Below, one piece after another: positions 13,376 through 26,900 of a stretch of DNA of 64,000 nt. The translations under genes were made by a program, and so were the position numbers. Position 1 is the first letter of the stretch. Each line of letters starts with the position of its first letter. Under the pieces are notes generated by a model. It had not been told where the DNA came from, did not search any database, and worked only from the letters and a program-made list of their open reading frames with translations. Origin of the DNA: Perna viridis. Its lineage: Eukaryota. The DNA lies in the NCBI GenBank assembly GCA_037379345.1, contig CM074514.1, forward strand, positions 26,908,001 to 26,972,000, given 5' to 3'.

Positions 13376-13866
13376 TTAATAAAGTGATTTTAAAGGGGTT
13401 TGGTATATACAAGTTTCTTTGTACTTATTATACCTCACGCAACCAAGTTGCAGAGGGTATAATGTTTTTGACCTGTCAGTCCGTCCATCAGTCCATCTTC
13501 AGTTTTCTGGACTTTTTTTTTGTAACACTTGCAGATATTGACATCATTTTCAGTGCCGGTATATAAGTTCACTCTGATAAGTTACTGATCAAGTTTACCT
13601 TTTGTTCCGCTTAGATGATTTTTAGCGAAATTACGGGCCTTGAACTTAGCAAAATTTACAGAAATAACCGTTTTCCAGACTTTTTTTCTGAACACTTGCA
13701 GATTATGACATGATTTTTGGTATATACGTTCACAATGATAAGTTACACGACAAGTTTGTAGTCGGTTCTGCTCTGATAATTTTTGCTGAAATTATGGACC
13801 TTGAACTTAGCTAAATTCACAGAAATATCCATTTTTCTGACTTTTTTTTTATTTTGACTGATTTTT

Positions 13867-14972
13867 ACTCAGAAGTCACGTCAGTGGCTTCGACTATTGT
13901 AAGTATAAGAATGACAAAAGGGCTTCCGGCAGATAACTTCACGGACGGAAATGCTCTCTCCAAATTAATGTGTGATTCTCTTTTAAACATTCAATATTTC
14001 ACTGATATCCCAAATGAATGATATTTCAAACATTTTAAGTGTTAATTTTCAGCTAAATATTGTTGAACTGGTAAATCGAGATGCCAAACTATTTTTGGCC
14101 GCATAGTAATTTCAAAGAATATAGTTAAAAGCCAATACAATTTAATTGGAGTTATCTCTTTTGGGTGGTGTTGGATTTTAGGTACCAGTATCGTATTGCA
14201 TATCCCTGAGCAGGTGTACATCAAAACATGGATGCTATAAAAATATAGTGCATTTTTTTTTGCCTCTCTACAAATTAATGTTTTGTCAAAAGATGTAAAC
14301 AATGACTTATAAAATAGAGCAAACATTGCACTGTAAGATGAAGAACTTTTTAAAAAGAAAATCTAACATAATATCATAAAAATGTTCCACTGAAAAGGGT
14401 ATGGTGAGTGCAAAACGAAAGTGAAAGTAGGGAAAATGGCTATTTATAGTTCAAGACTACTTTTCTGTCCGATCTTCGTGGGCTCACCCTATTTTCTTTG
14501 CGGGAAATAATTTTTTCACATGTCCTTAGAAATTCTACATAAGTGAAAGTTTTATTGAATCAATTTACATATTTTTTTAAAAATCCTAAAAATATGCACT
14601 TCACTATAGAAGTCTATGGGAAAATTAATACGATACTGAGACCTTTAACTATGCCCTGTGAATGGTATTATGATCAAAATCATTTTATCAAGAAACATCA
14701 CAATCAACATCATCAGCTGCGTTTTTTTTCAAGTTTAAGGTCTCAAGAACGTAAACAAATGCAATAATCTTATTTTCACGATATTTGTGTACATCTTTGT
14801 TTTGTTTTGCCGCAGGTTGCATGGAAAATATGGGTTCAACACCAAAACATTCTCAAACCTTGGTCCATGTCATGACCGGCACTCTAGCACATTGCTTAAA
14901 ATATAAACTGGGAACCTGTTTTGCAGGTTGCACACCAAGTGACTTCCGAGTTTCAGCACCTTTGGTGCTTTG
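13867..14972 (+). mobile_element. Helentron/HINE-like element nested in the 13430-15882 element
   Basis: subTIR ACTCAGAAGTCAC / GTGACTTCCGAGT; 3' hairpin AGCACCTTTGGTGCT; inserted in a T-run, splitting a host repeat unit (GACTGATTTTT | TTGGTATACAAG). Confidence 0.72.
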
Positions 14973-15147
14973 ATTGGTATACAAGTTCACCATGATGAGT
15001 TACAGGTCAAGTGTACATTTTGTTCTGCTACTGTATTTACTTTGGATTGAAAGAAATCACAGTCTGGAGTTTGAAACTACTATTGTCAGTAACAGAATTT
15101 AGTTAGAATATTAAGGTATAAAGCATGAAAAAACACTAATTCCTTTT

Positions 15148-15772
15148 TGTCCCCTGCAACACATCGCAAGGGGACATAGAAATGCCGGGTGTCTGATGGT
15201 CCATCCAACGTCCGCATTTTCCTGATTTTTTTTGTATTGCTTTTACCAAATAAGTTTGTTCATGGTATGTGGCCTTATTATGAAGAGTTACAGATTAAGT
15301 TCGACTTTGGTTACAGTTGAGTGATTTTTACGAAAGTTATGGCCCTTGGACTTTCAGTGAATTTACACTTTTCCTGCACTTTTTTTGTAATGTTTACCAA
15401 TTGATTTTATATTTTGTATGTTGTTTTACTATGAGAAGTTACAGATTATGGTTGACTTTGGTTATAGTTGAATGATTTTTACGGAAGTTACGGCCCTTGG
15501 ACTTAGAAAATTTCAGTTAATGTTCAGTTTTCGGCACTTTTTTTTGTAATGCTTTTACCAATTGATTTTATCTTTTGTATGTAGTCTTACTATGAGAAGT
15601 TTCAGATTAATTTAAACTTTGGTAACAGTCGAATGATTTTTACAGAAGTTATGGGCCATAACTTCTGTAAAAATCATTCAGCCATAACTTATGGCCTCTG
15701 GGACTTAAAAATTTTTAGTGAATTTAAGTTTACCCCCTTTTTTTTTAAGTGGGGGACATTGGAACGCTGTTC
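15148..15772 (+). mobile_element. Second nested HINE-like element with ~155-bp internal tandem repeats
   Basis: 5' hairpin TGTCCCCTGC...GCAAGGGGACA; 3' GGGGGACA plus small hairpin GAACGCTGTTC; three internal units. Confidence 0.65.
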
Positions 15773-17051
15773 TTTAATTTATCAGGGTCCTTCTACTTGT
15801 ATTTCTCTTACAAACAAATTTACTTGAGTATCCAACATGGGAATGCGTGGGGTATGTGAGCGCGCTCACTAAGGGTCTCTAATTATATCAATCAAAAGCC
15901 ATATATTAAACACTCAAAATATGCATTTTTAGAAATCTCAGTATGTGTACATGTTTGTGAACATGGTCCTTTACTTTATGCCAGCTTTTAATCTACATGT
16001 TGATGTACATGTATGTCATTCATTTAGTACACCATGTATTTACGACAACAGATTAACACAATTTTTTTACTCTGAGAATATTTTATTGGTACCAATGAAG
16101 TGATTATTTAAATTCTTTTGAAATGAAAGCTCATTTAATCTAAATAGGAATGAACAAAGCCTTTTCTTATATCTAATTTCATAAGGAGGGTTTAAATGTT
16201 TTATTAATCATATTTTTTTTGTTTTGGTTATTTTTCTATTGTTTGTGATTTAAATACGTGAACTTCATAGACCAGTAGCAACAACCAAATAATCCCTTGT
16301 TATAAATAAGAAATCTGATTTTAAAGATCATAACCATTTGAACAAGTGTCATTGATTAAACCAATAATATTTAAGCAAGAAGATATGAAAATAATTAGGG
16401 GAATTCCGTAACTCCAATGGAAAGTCGTAAACATCAATAATTATGGGAATAGATTTTTTTGGTGCCTGTGTATACCTAATGGACCCAAGGTTGTCAGCAG
16501 AATTAATTCCTCCTCAAAGGGTAAGAAATGTTTTGTTTTGTTTCTGAAAATAAGGTAAAACCACATGTACATGTATTTTGTTTTCTTTATTGATCAGATA
16601 ATACATGTAGTTCCCTTGAACTTGACTATCTCTGGGTGGACTAAGGAAAAAAAAAGAACAGTAAAAGTTTTTTAATTATTTATGTACATGCATATATGTA
16701 CATGTACCTAATCAGTGTCTTCAAAGATAATATACAATGTATTTGACAATATTTTGTTATTTTTTCAATAAATTTTGTGTGTGAAATAATTGAATGTATT
16801 AATAATGAACAATCTAAAGTGCACCTTTGAAAAACATAAAATATATTTATATATTTTATTATTTTTATTTTAATTGTAAATTCCTGGGAATGCATGATTT
16901 TTCTACTGTTGAAGAATAGATTTATATTGATAAGAATTCCTTTTTATGGCTTTAGAGAAACTTTTTTTTTTCAGCTGTCTGAACTGGTTAAATAATTTGG
17001 CATTAAAAAATATGAAAACTGTAAAACCTTGTTTACGACAGAGGTTTTTAT

Positions 17052-17147
17052 TTTCGGTTTAAGTATATGCACATGTGTACATTAAGACCCTCCTTCCATA
17101 CTTTCGGTTTAAGTATATGTACATGTGTACATTAAGACCCTACTTTC
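17052..17147. repeat. Tandem duplication, 2 x 50 bp
   Basis: TTTCGGTTTAAGTATATG(C/T)ACATGTGTACATTAAGACCCT twice. Confidence 0.85.
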
Positions 17148-19302
17148 GTCCTTTCTATATCTGGTTATATGGAATTAGCATATTCTTCTTTTCTGTATAA
17201 TTAGTTTAGCAAGTTCTATCCTGTCCACGATTAATTGCCAAGAAAATTAAGTGAGACGTTGATGTTCCACATTGTAAATAATGCATGACCAATGTTTCTT
17301 AATCAATACACATTGAGTATGTAAAATATTGCTGCTAGTGTATATGTTTCTGTTTTCAAACGGCACCTTTGATTTCCGTGTGGGAATTTAATGATGGCAC
17401 ATACATTATACAAAACATATGTACAAAAGACTACTTAGAATTATTATGTACTTTTCTTTTCTATGATAAAATGCTTAAAAAAGATGCATTTGTCTGATAT
17501 TAAAGCCCTGTTCAACCATTGACAAATATAAAAATATAGTCATTAAATAAGAAATGACTCTGGAAGTGCTTTTTCTTCAGCCACTAGCTTTAAATGTTAT
17601 AACTCATAAATCCCTAAATGTGTTAACACAAATCACTGAATTTTACCAGTACATAATTCTTATTAGTTTTAAGGAGTCTTTAAGGTACCACTAATCACCA
17701 GAGTCATGATACTCACTGTCATAGACTTCAATACACAGTGACAAGTATTGTACATAAACTTGAATGTATGACAAACTGTCATTAACTTCAAAACTATTGA
17801 ATGTAAATAAACATATATATGTATTTCACATTGAATTGATTACTAATATGTCATAAATATCTATATTTTAATAATCTTGATCCGTATTAAATCTTTATTT
17901 GGCCTCCATCCAGCAATATGTTGATATTAAATTAATGGTACCAACAAAACAAATGTATATGGTTTTTGATCTTATTTTAAAGTTCCATAAGAAGGTGTGA
18001 AGGTACTTTATATATGGTGATCTAAACTTGTTGTGGAGATCTTTAATACATAATTAATCATCAAATGATTAGACCTTTTAGAAAGATGTAGAAGATATGT
18101 GTAATACGTTCTGATTTATAGTGGATGAACTTATTTTGTATGACATACTGGTAACACAAGGTTAGTTCATGCTACCACGGATTTTTACCAGGCAGTGGTA
18201 TTGTTTTCCTTAAATTACTACTGAAATAAATCTCTTTTGTGAATGTAATTTTCCTAATTTTTCAAAAAATTGTTATAAAATTATCCAAAATAAGACAAAA
18301 TTCTAGTAGTCAAAATGTTATATAGTGTATGTTCAACTATTTATGCTTTGTCCTTTCTTTGTTTTCCTCAATCATAATTATAATACATGTATTTGTACAT
18401 TTACTGCATTACCAGTTCTTCATTGTTACCAAACTTTATAATATGACATATTTTTGCATAACCTGCAGTGTTCTAGGATTCCTATTTCCTGTTACCTGGG
18501 GCAAGTGAAATTTGGGTCAGGGAAAGATAGGTACTTAGTTACACTTTCCCGTGGTAAGTTGAAAACTTCATATGCTGTAAGGATTTGTTTTGTTAGGAAA
18601 GCAGTCATTGACTGTAGGATAGTTGATTTTATATGGATTTTTCCTGAGGAAACCTCAATTTTTGAAAAATCCTAGAACACTGAACCTAGCAAATTCTTGG
18701 AATTTTTCACTGCAAATTACACACTAGGGATTGTTTCTCTAGAGAATCTCTAGAATGTTCAGGATTTTATGGATAATTTTCATAAAATATGACCAAAAAC
18801 ATGCAATGTCTGAAAAAAGCATGTTAAAAAGAAAAAGGGATGGTCTTTAAAAAGGCTAACAATCTTATTGGCAAATTATCGAATTTCCTTTGTCTACACA
18901 TCCCATCATTACTAAAAACCCATTATTTCATTTTTTTCCAATTTTCTTCATAATCTATATTTCATGTTTTCACGATTTTTTTTATATTAAGCTAATGTAT
19001 AGTCTATAGAATGGCTTGTACTATTCAATACAATTGGTTTACGCAGTAGATGTTAACTTGTTTACTGCTACCATCAAGAAAATAAAGGTAGGTAGGGAAA
19101 TCATTATATTTTTTCAAAAACATTTTACATTGAGTAAATGGGAGAAACAATTTAGACATTAACAATGCTTAAGCAAAATTAGCCAAAAAATGTTTAGGCA
19201 AGGTAGGGTAGCAGAAAACAGACATATTTTTTTGCCTCATGTGTAAGATGCATCGTACATACTTAGATTCATTGAAGAAGTACAATATACCAATACTGAA
19301 GG

Positions 19303-19472
19303 CACAAATATATTGCTAGAAACACAATAGAGACAGCACAAAAATATATTGCTGGGAGCACAAGAAAGACAGTACACAAATATATTGCTGGGAGCGCAAG
19401 AAAGACAGCACACAAATATATTGCTGGGAGCACAATAGAGACAACACACAAATATATTGCTGGGAACACAAT
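19303..19472. repeat. Minisatellite, ~5 x 36 bp
   Basis: Unit ~CACAAATATATTGCTGGGAGCACAAGAAAGACAGCA. Confidence 0.9.
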
Positions 19473-20801
19473 AATTGTACTCCAGGACCTTTTCAATTTT
19501 TAGTTTTGTTGAAAAAACCTGTTATATCATGGTTGTGCTTTACAAATTTGTCAAAAATTGAAATTAAAAACAGTTTTATAATGTACATTTATGTGAATAC
19601 TAAACGAACTACTTGCAAGCATGTTAGACATAATAATTAATATGAAGACTTATAGAATACAACACTTTTATTTGAAAAAGTGAAATATATTTATTCATGT
19701 ATATGGACTTTTTGCCTCCTTTCTCACATAATTTCAAACTTATGATAAGCATCCCTAAAATTAAAAACAGAAAAAAAACCTCCTGAACATGAACAATTGC
19801 AAATTTCAACCCTTTTCATACAATTCATACATGTACCTTAGATATTTCACCCTTGATGTAATACTTAATGCCTACTGATTTGAAATTAAAGCCCCTTGGA
19901 ACATGACAAAGTAAAATTACAAATATCGTTCAGGGTTTCAAAGATTATATAGCTTGCAAGGTTTTTGCTGTTCCAGTCTTTGTACTATGAAATCTTTTTA
20001 TTTTTTCAAGGGCACTTATAATACTTTTACATAATAGACGTTTTCCTAATGGATCAATGTAGGATTTTTGCTTTGTTGTAGAACTAATATTACTTTATCT
20101 TGGTATTTTTTTTTCATTCATTGTCAGTTTATTGGATCAGGTTATGTTACATGTAGATACAAAGTGCCCATTAGATATATGTTTTTCATCAAAACTTACT
20201 TGTATGTCTGTAAATAAAAATATGCAGTGTACATGGACATTAACATAATTTAACTGTAAAAGTCCTCTATGTTAGGCTGTTGCCCCATGATCAAGTTTAA
20301 TAAATATTAAATATTGATAGCAGAAATTGATAAAACTCAGTTTGATTTGATAGGAAAATCCTTTGGAATTTCTTTTTTTGGCTAGTGTCTGAATTGCTCT
20401 ACTGGGTGAAAAGTTGGGATACAGTTGAATTGCAGATACTCAAAAACAAGGTTTTCAATAGCTTAATACAATACTATATAGCAGAAACCTACAGTATACA
20501 TTAGTACAATTACATATGTTTGTATCTATAGAAGTACAAATGTACTGATTTTTAGTACAATGTACATTTACCTGTATTATGTTTTGAAGACCAAGTTCTA
20601 ACTTTAATAGAGTTATTCAAAGTCCATTAACACTGTATTTGCTGGTTCTTGAATAGTATACATAAAGTTTGCACAATTATGACAGTGTCTGTTTTATCTT
20701 ATTGTCATAGACCTTCATGATTGCACTGACTCTGATACATGTACTAAGATACTGGTAATGTAAGTCTTATTTTTGTATTATTTCAGAGCCAACCACTGAA
20801 C

Positions 20802-20936
20802 ATGGGAGATCTGCTAGAATATTTTGAGGCCCAAAGTCGGACCTTGGATGAGATGTCTACATCACTGAATAGTCCCTTACCATCAAACTTCACATCAGTA
20901 ATAAAATTTAATGGAGTGCCAATTCTACCACCTGTG
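20802..20936 (+). CDS. CCP110: CP110 coding exon 1 (acceptor at 20787)
   Basis: tttcag|AGCCAACCACTGAACATG; MGDLLEYFEAQSRTLDEMSTSLNSPLPSNFTSVIKFNGVPILPPV|gtaata. Confidence 0.92.
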
Positions 20937-23900
20937 GTAATACATAATCATTGAAAAAAATAGTTTACATCACAATTAAATTACTAGTAGAAATGAATTT
21001 TTTTTTTTCATTTGGCTTCTTAATGGATTTTTAGGTGCATTTTATTGTTACCATAGTGCATGGTCTTATTTCAATAATGTCACTAGTGGTACATGTACAT
21101 GGAACAAATATCAAAAATGGTTAGTTTGAATCATACAATTTAACTTGCAAAATTAAACAGGATTTAAGATAAATTTGAATATCAATTCTTTTGCAATTTA
21201 TTCTGCTACATGTAATACCGGTAACTGCTTTTTGACATTGTAGATGACCCCTAAAAAAAGAGAAGAAATGCTGACATATAGAAGACAAGCAATGAAACTG
21301 GAAAATAGGAGAAAATTTAAACAAAGAGAAAGACTTGTGGCAAAAGTTCAGTCCATTGTTGCTGAAGTAGAGGTAATAAGTCATGTGATATAAATACTGG
21401 TCACATGATAATTATATGACCTTGTATAAATAACTTGACACTTCTGTTTTAAGTTGGAAATGGTGAAAATGTTAATTACAAATAATGCTTTTATTAAAGA
21501 CATTTTTCATATTTATAAGACAAATTTTTATACATGACTACTTTCAATGGCTAATGAACTAAAGCATACTGAATTTGCGGAATTTAATATTTATTGAATG
21601 CATATGGAGTTTATTTAAACTTCACCCACAGGATTGCATAAAATATAGTTATTCATTCAGTGATATAATACTGCTCTAAAGTTCTCATGAGGAAATGTTT
21701 GATTTAAAAAAGATTGAGGCAGGGACTTCAGATATCTTGTTAGCACAACTCTTCCTAAGCCACTTGATAGATTTCAATGAAACTTCATTAAAAGATAATA
21801 TATACACATGTGCAGTAATGTAACTACTGGGATATTCTAAAGGGGAGGTATTTGAATTTTATTTTAAAAGAAATAGACGTATTTCCTTTGCCTTGCAACT
21901 TCTGGTTAACCATTGGAAGAACTTTTATGAATTTTTCAAAAAAGGAAAAATCCCTGTAAATGTGCATATCTCAAGGAGATTTTTCGACATGCACATTTTT
22001 TTTTATGAGATTTCATTGTCTAATAGATTATGTGGGGGTATGTGTTGTTTTTAGCATTTTTTTTTTGGTCATTTACCTTGGAATTTTGTTGCTAAAATAA
22101 CACCACATGTATAGGCTTACATGTAGCTATGGCTTGTTGCTTCTTTTGATACAGTTTAAGGTAACATAAATGTATTATTAATCCTTTATTCATGTCAGTG
22201 AAATGGTTTATGTAGTTTTTTTTATCCTTTATAGTTAATTTATATAAAATGTACCATCTCTGTTTATTGGTGCATTTAAAAATTGAAAATATGAAGACCA
22301 AAATATGTCTTTTTTCTCTAACCCAAGATATGTAGTCTTTCAAAAATATTTCTTAAAATATACTGTATTCAAATGCATGGCTTGAAATGTAATTGTTAAA
22401 ATTGCATGATGCATGTCATTTACAGAAAGAATTTGCTCTAAAGAGTCGTTCACGGCTTCCTAGAACAGCAAGGATCTCTGAGCTTATCGTATGTGACAAG
22501 CTTCACTGTGCTTTTTATCTTCTCAGCTTTGTTAGGAGTGTTTTGTAATCAAGAGATTCAAGGATGCCACCTTATTATCAACCAATATATATTCAGTTAC
22601 TTTTGTTTTTTTAAATGTTGTTGAACAAAAATATTTTTAAGGAGTATAGTTTCTTCACAGCTTTTTCATTCATTTATGGCATGAATTGAAACTTATGTGC
22701 CCTAAATTTGAAAAAAAAAACTTTCTATAAAAAACATTTTTCATTTTAATACACAATGCATTTTGATCTTTTTCCATTTTTCTTTAAAATATATTTTAAA
22801 TTGGAAGAATTTACTAGAAAAATTTGTTTATTTAGTTTTTCTGCTTCATAATAGAGTAACAGCCCTTGTTTTCCTTTTGGCATCCTTGACCTTAATCATA
22901 GTTTGACCTTCACCCGAGTATTGGTAGATGGACACCATTATATCACAAATCACTTAAGTAATGGGAAGTTTGATTATGACAAGTTACTGAATATTTCACA
23001 TGTTTGCCGCAAATTGTTAATATATATACAGAAAGTTTTAACACTTGAGGGATTATTTTCACCATGTTTCAACAGTCACATATTTTCACATGTAATAAAA
23101 AATAGTTGTGTAAAGTAAACTTTGACCTTATTGCCTTAGATCACTATTTGAAATGTAAGTGCTTGAGAGTACTTATCATATGTACTAATGCACTCTTATA
23201 TAAATTTGGCAAACCTGAATTGAGTACATATATTTATAGGGATATTCATTAGTTCATTTTTCTGTTTTCACTTTTATTTCCAATCCTGTTTTCTTAGTGT
23301 GTTGTGAGATTTTTAGAAAAGTATTGCACTTGATATAGAATCATTTTGTTTTTACATGTATCTAAGGATTCATACTCATAACTCTGAACCTTTTGTTTCT
23401 TTGCCCAAGACTGACAGGGAGTGAATAGAAATATGGTTGTCATTTCCAAAACTATAAAAGACAATCTAATTGAATTTAGTGGTTAATTAATCAAATTTTT
23501 CTGTGCACATGAACTTGATTCTTCAACTTTTAGTTAGAGTGACAGATCAAAATCTTCTTGTAGGAAGGGATATCTAAGTTCTATGGACACTTTACTTCTG
23601 GTTCAATTTTGTTATGATTTTTAATTCTTTATTTACCTTCTGTTCCAATTTTAGCCATACTTTTGCATATTTGTGTAGCATGAGCCTCTGATGTAGGAGC
23701 ATACATTACATCCAGTCTTGGATCTGTCAAGTATTGGTAGTTTTCACATGAACATTATATTTGTTTTCATTAGAATTATGTGTTGTCAAGGCATATAATT
23801 TAATACTTTTTCCTCAGTATAATTCAAATATATAACTTACACATTAAACATTTTGCACTTAACAAAGTGTTACTGTGAGTTTTTATCTTCCTGAATGTTT

Positions 23901-26900
23901 TTTGAAGTTGGAAGCAAAATGATTTTTAGTTCATTATACACATAACTTTAAAATAATGCAACTGACTTAACTATAATTTTATCAGTACAAAAATGTGAAT
24001 TAACATTTTTAACTGGTTTTATCTAAATCCTTTTTTTTTCTTTTTCCCCCTTTATTAACTTTTTGTATTAAACTTAAAACAAAAGTTAAATACTGGTATG
24101 GTGCAATAGAATATATCCTTTTAGTATATGTACTATAATATTTAAATATTAAGATAAAAGTTAAGTGAAGGTTAAGCTGCTGTTACTGATGCATTATTTT
24201 TGTTACATCGAAACTCATCAGATTTATTTTGTTTTTCATTGTTTTTCAGGACAAGCAAAACAGACGTCTTTCTGATTCCCATGATCTCTCTCCTGTCTCC
24301 AGTGGTACTGATGTCTCCAGTAAATGGTCTCCTGATAGTGCTTCTTCCAAATCTCCAACCAGAACTCCACCAACAAAAGACAATAAAGCAGTTGTGACTA
24401 AAAATGATATGAAACCTACAAAAATTGTAAATGACACAAAACAGACATCAACGATAAGTAAGCAAGATAGAATAATACGGGAGACAAGAACCAAAATACC
24501 AGCTCCTGTACAACCAACAAAGAAAGAAATACAAAAATCAAAACCAAAAGCAAAATTGAAAGCACAAGGAAAAGCTCTGACAAATCTGAAAAAATCCAGT
24601 TCCATGTCTTCTCTGCCTAATCCTGCAAAAATTCCAGGAACACCATCTTATCCTCTTCCAAAACCACCAGCAACGAAGATGACAACATTACAGGCAAAGA
24701 GAGCCAATCTATTATTGGCTGGTAGATTGTCAATATCTAACCCAGACCTTAGAGATTTTGATGATGATAATTCTTTGTCTTGTAAATCAGAGAGTGGGAT
24801 TTCGAGAAACAGCCGTAAAAAGAAATCTGCTTGGCAGCATGCCAATCAACATAGTGCTTCCGATCCAGATATTAGTAGAAATGAGATTGGTGAAAGTCAG
24901 GGATTCGTTTTGTCACCAGAAGAACCAGTTTTACAGTCTCCTAAAATTCATAAACTGAAAAAACATCATAGATCTACTGGGAGTAATCCTGAACTGTCAT
25001 CAATTCACAACACTCCAGAAGTAGATCCAGAGCAATTCAGGAAAGAGTATCTTGCCAGGAAGCACAAAGAACAAAAAACAACAAAAAATCATACAAAACC
25101 AGAAAGTAAAAAATTACCTGCAGGAAAACCATTGCAAGAGACAGTAAATAAGGAATCTTCAAAACGTAGGCAACTTCCACCTGAACCAAAAGTGGACGAA
25201 CCTCAATCATTAAATGATTATCCATCACTTGATGATTGTAACTCCCTTCCACAAGAATTCAGTGGGCTACCTTTGACATCTGTCAAACAACAACAGATTG
25301 GACAGGTTCTTGCCAAACTTTCAAAATGTCTGAATTTACAAGACACAGGTGGAACAATGAATTCTACTTCTAGTAGTTCATCAACAGACAATACAAAGCA
25401 AGTTGTAGAGACACAGTCTCAGGATACAAGAAAACAAAAGTATTTTCAACCTCCTGTATTAGATAATTCTGGTGATTCTAGTCAGGGAAAGCTACAGGTA
25501 GATACAACTGGTTCAAACCAGTCAGCAGTGAGCTCTTCCATTGTAAGTTCAGTAGGATCAATTGGTACTAATCAGAGCAGAAGGATGAGCCCAAAAGGGT
25601 TAAAGAACACTGTTCACTTTTCTTCATTCGTGACTGAAATTAGTACAAGTGCAAGTCAATCAGTTGAAGATAAAATTTCTGTTAGAAAAATGGACATAAC
25701 TCCAACTAATAGTACTGATTTTACCAATGCAGGGTTAGGGGTCAAAGGTCAGGGTCAGAATGGAAATGTGCCAAAAAACTGTAATGACCTGGGGTCAGCA
25801 GCAGTACCCCAGGTCTTGTCTCAGCATTTCAATAGTTTTTTCCAAGATCAGCCAGGGTCAATGTTGAGTAAAGTTGCCTTAAGTCCTGAGGAATCTCCTG
25901 GTGGAACACCAAAAACGTTCTTTAAAGACCAAGATATGCCTTTCCATGTTTACACTGCTGAAATTGAACATAATACTTCAGACAAGGAAAATGAAAATAT
26001 TTATCAAAAACATTCATCAGAAAGTGAAGACAAATTGAAAGTAATGGAAATGGAGTTGGATAAAAACTGTCAACAAACATATGGAAATATTTTCATGATA
26101 ACTGGCAAAAAGTCCAATGAATCCGATGATAGATCACAGGGTAGCACTCTCAAGGAGAGTCAAGAAAATGTGCCGAAAACATATTTCAGAAATTCTGATT
26201 TATATTCTGATGTCAATAAAACTGACTTTGAAAAAGTAATGAAAGTGTCATCTGCAGTTACAGGCAGTTCTGGTCTTGTGATTGGTGATGCCATCCAATC
26301 AAATCAGTTGACTCATAAGACATCTCCTTCAAATATCCCAGTGACTAGTGACAATAATTTTCAAGGTTCAAGGCCTGGGCATGTGCGTCATGGATCATAC
26401 ACTCTGGAAAACCCATCTGAGGCTCTATTGAGATCTCAGTGTTCTTTAGGTAATGGCGTTGTACAACAAATGAACATTGGTCCAGACAGCCTTGAGCCTG
26501 TGTCAATTACACAAAATGACATGGTTATTCCACCTTCAGCAGAACAAAAGGCAAAAGAAGAACATATTCAGCGCTATTTATCTCAGGTTCAAACACATTC
26601 TGAAGAAGAATTAGAAAAACCAAGTCCCAGTCAAAGGCGATATGATATTGGCGAGGCTGTACAATCCTTTACTGAGACTCTTCAATCCATGGAAAGTTTG
26701 ACTGAAGAGGAAATGTTGAAAATTCAGGCAGATCATTTTAACAAGATTCGTCAACAATTGATAGAGCAACAAAAACAACAATTAGAGGAATTATTTGTGC
26801 AACAGAGGCGTGAACAAATGAATTTACAAGAGGATATAGAACTCCACCATCAACATCTAAGAGAGCAACAAGAACTATTCACATCATTTTCAGAAGCAAA

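Larger units (their letters stand above)
13430..15882 (+). mobile_element. Helentron/HINE-like non-autonomous element (outer element of a nested cluster)
   Basis: subTIR ATACCTCACGC (13430) / GCGTGGGGTAT (15845); GTCC-type microsatellite after the 5' end; ~160-bp internal tandem units; 3' hairpin GTGAGCGCGCTCAC. Confidence 0.7.

Noticed and set aside
19237-19496. Cys-rich repetitive ORFs on the minus strand
   Set aside because: Translations of a 36-bp minisatellite with no splice or homology support.
24113-24122. ATATCCTTTT resembling an AT-AC U12 donor
   Set aside because: No plausible upstream exon or matching branch point/AC; likely chance in AT-rich intron.
24229-24249. Start of the 1046-aa ORF (MFFIVFQ) as a stand-alone gene
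   Set aside because: It begins at TTG inside a polypyrimidine tract; the real exon starts after the AG at 24249 and belongs to CP110.
24246-25252. Antisense ORFs overlapping the CP110 giant exon
   Set aside because: Shadow ORFs of a long coding exon with no recognisable protein features.
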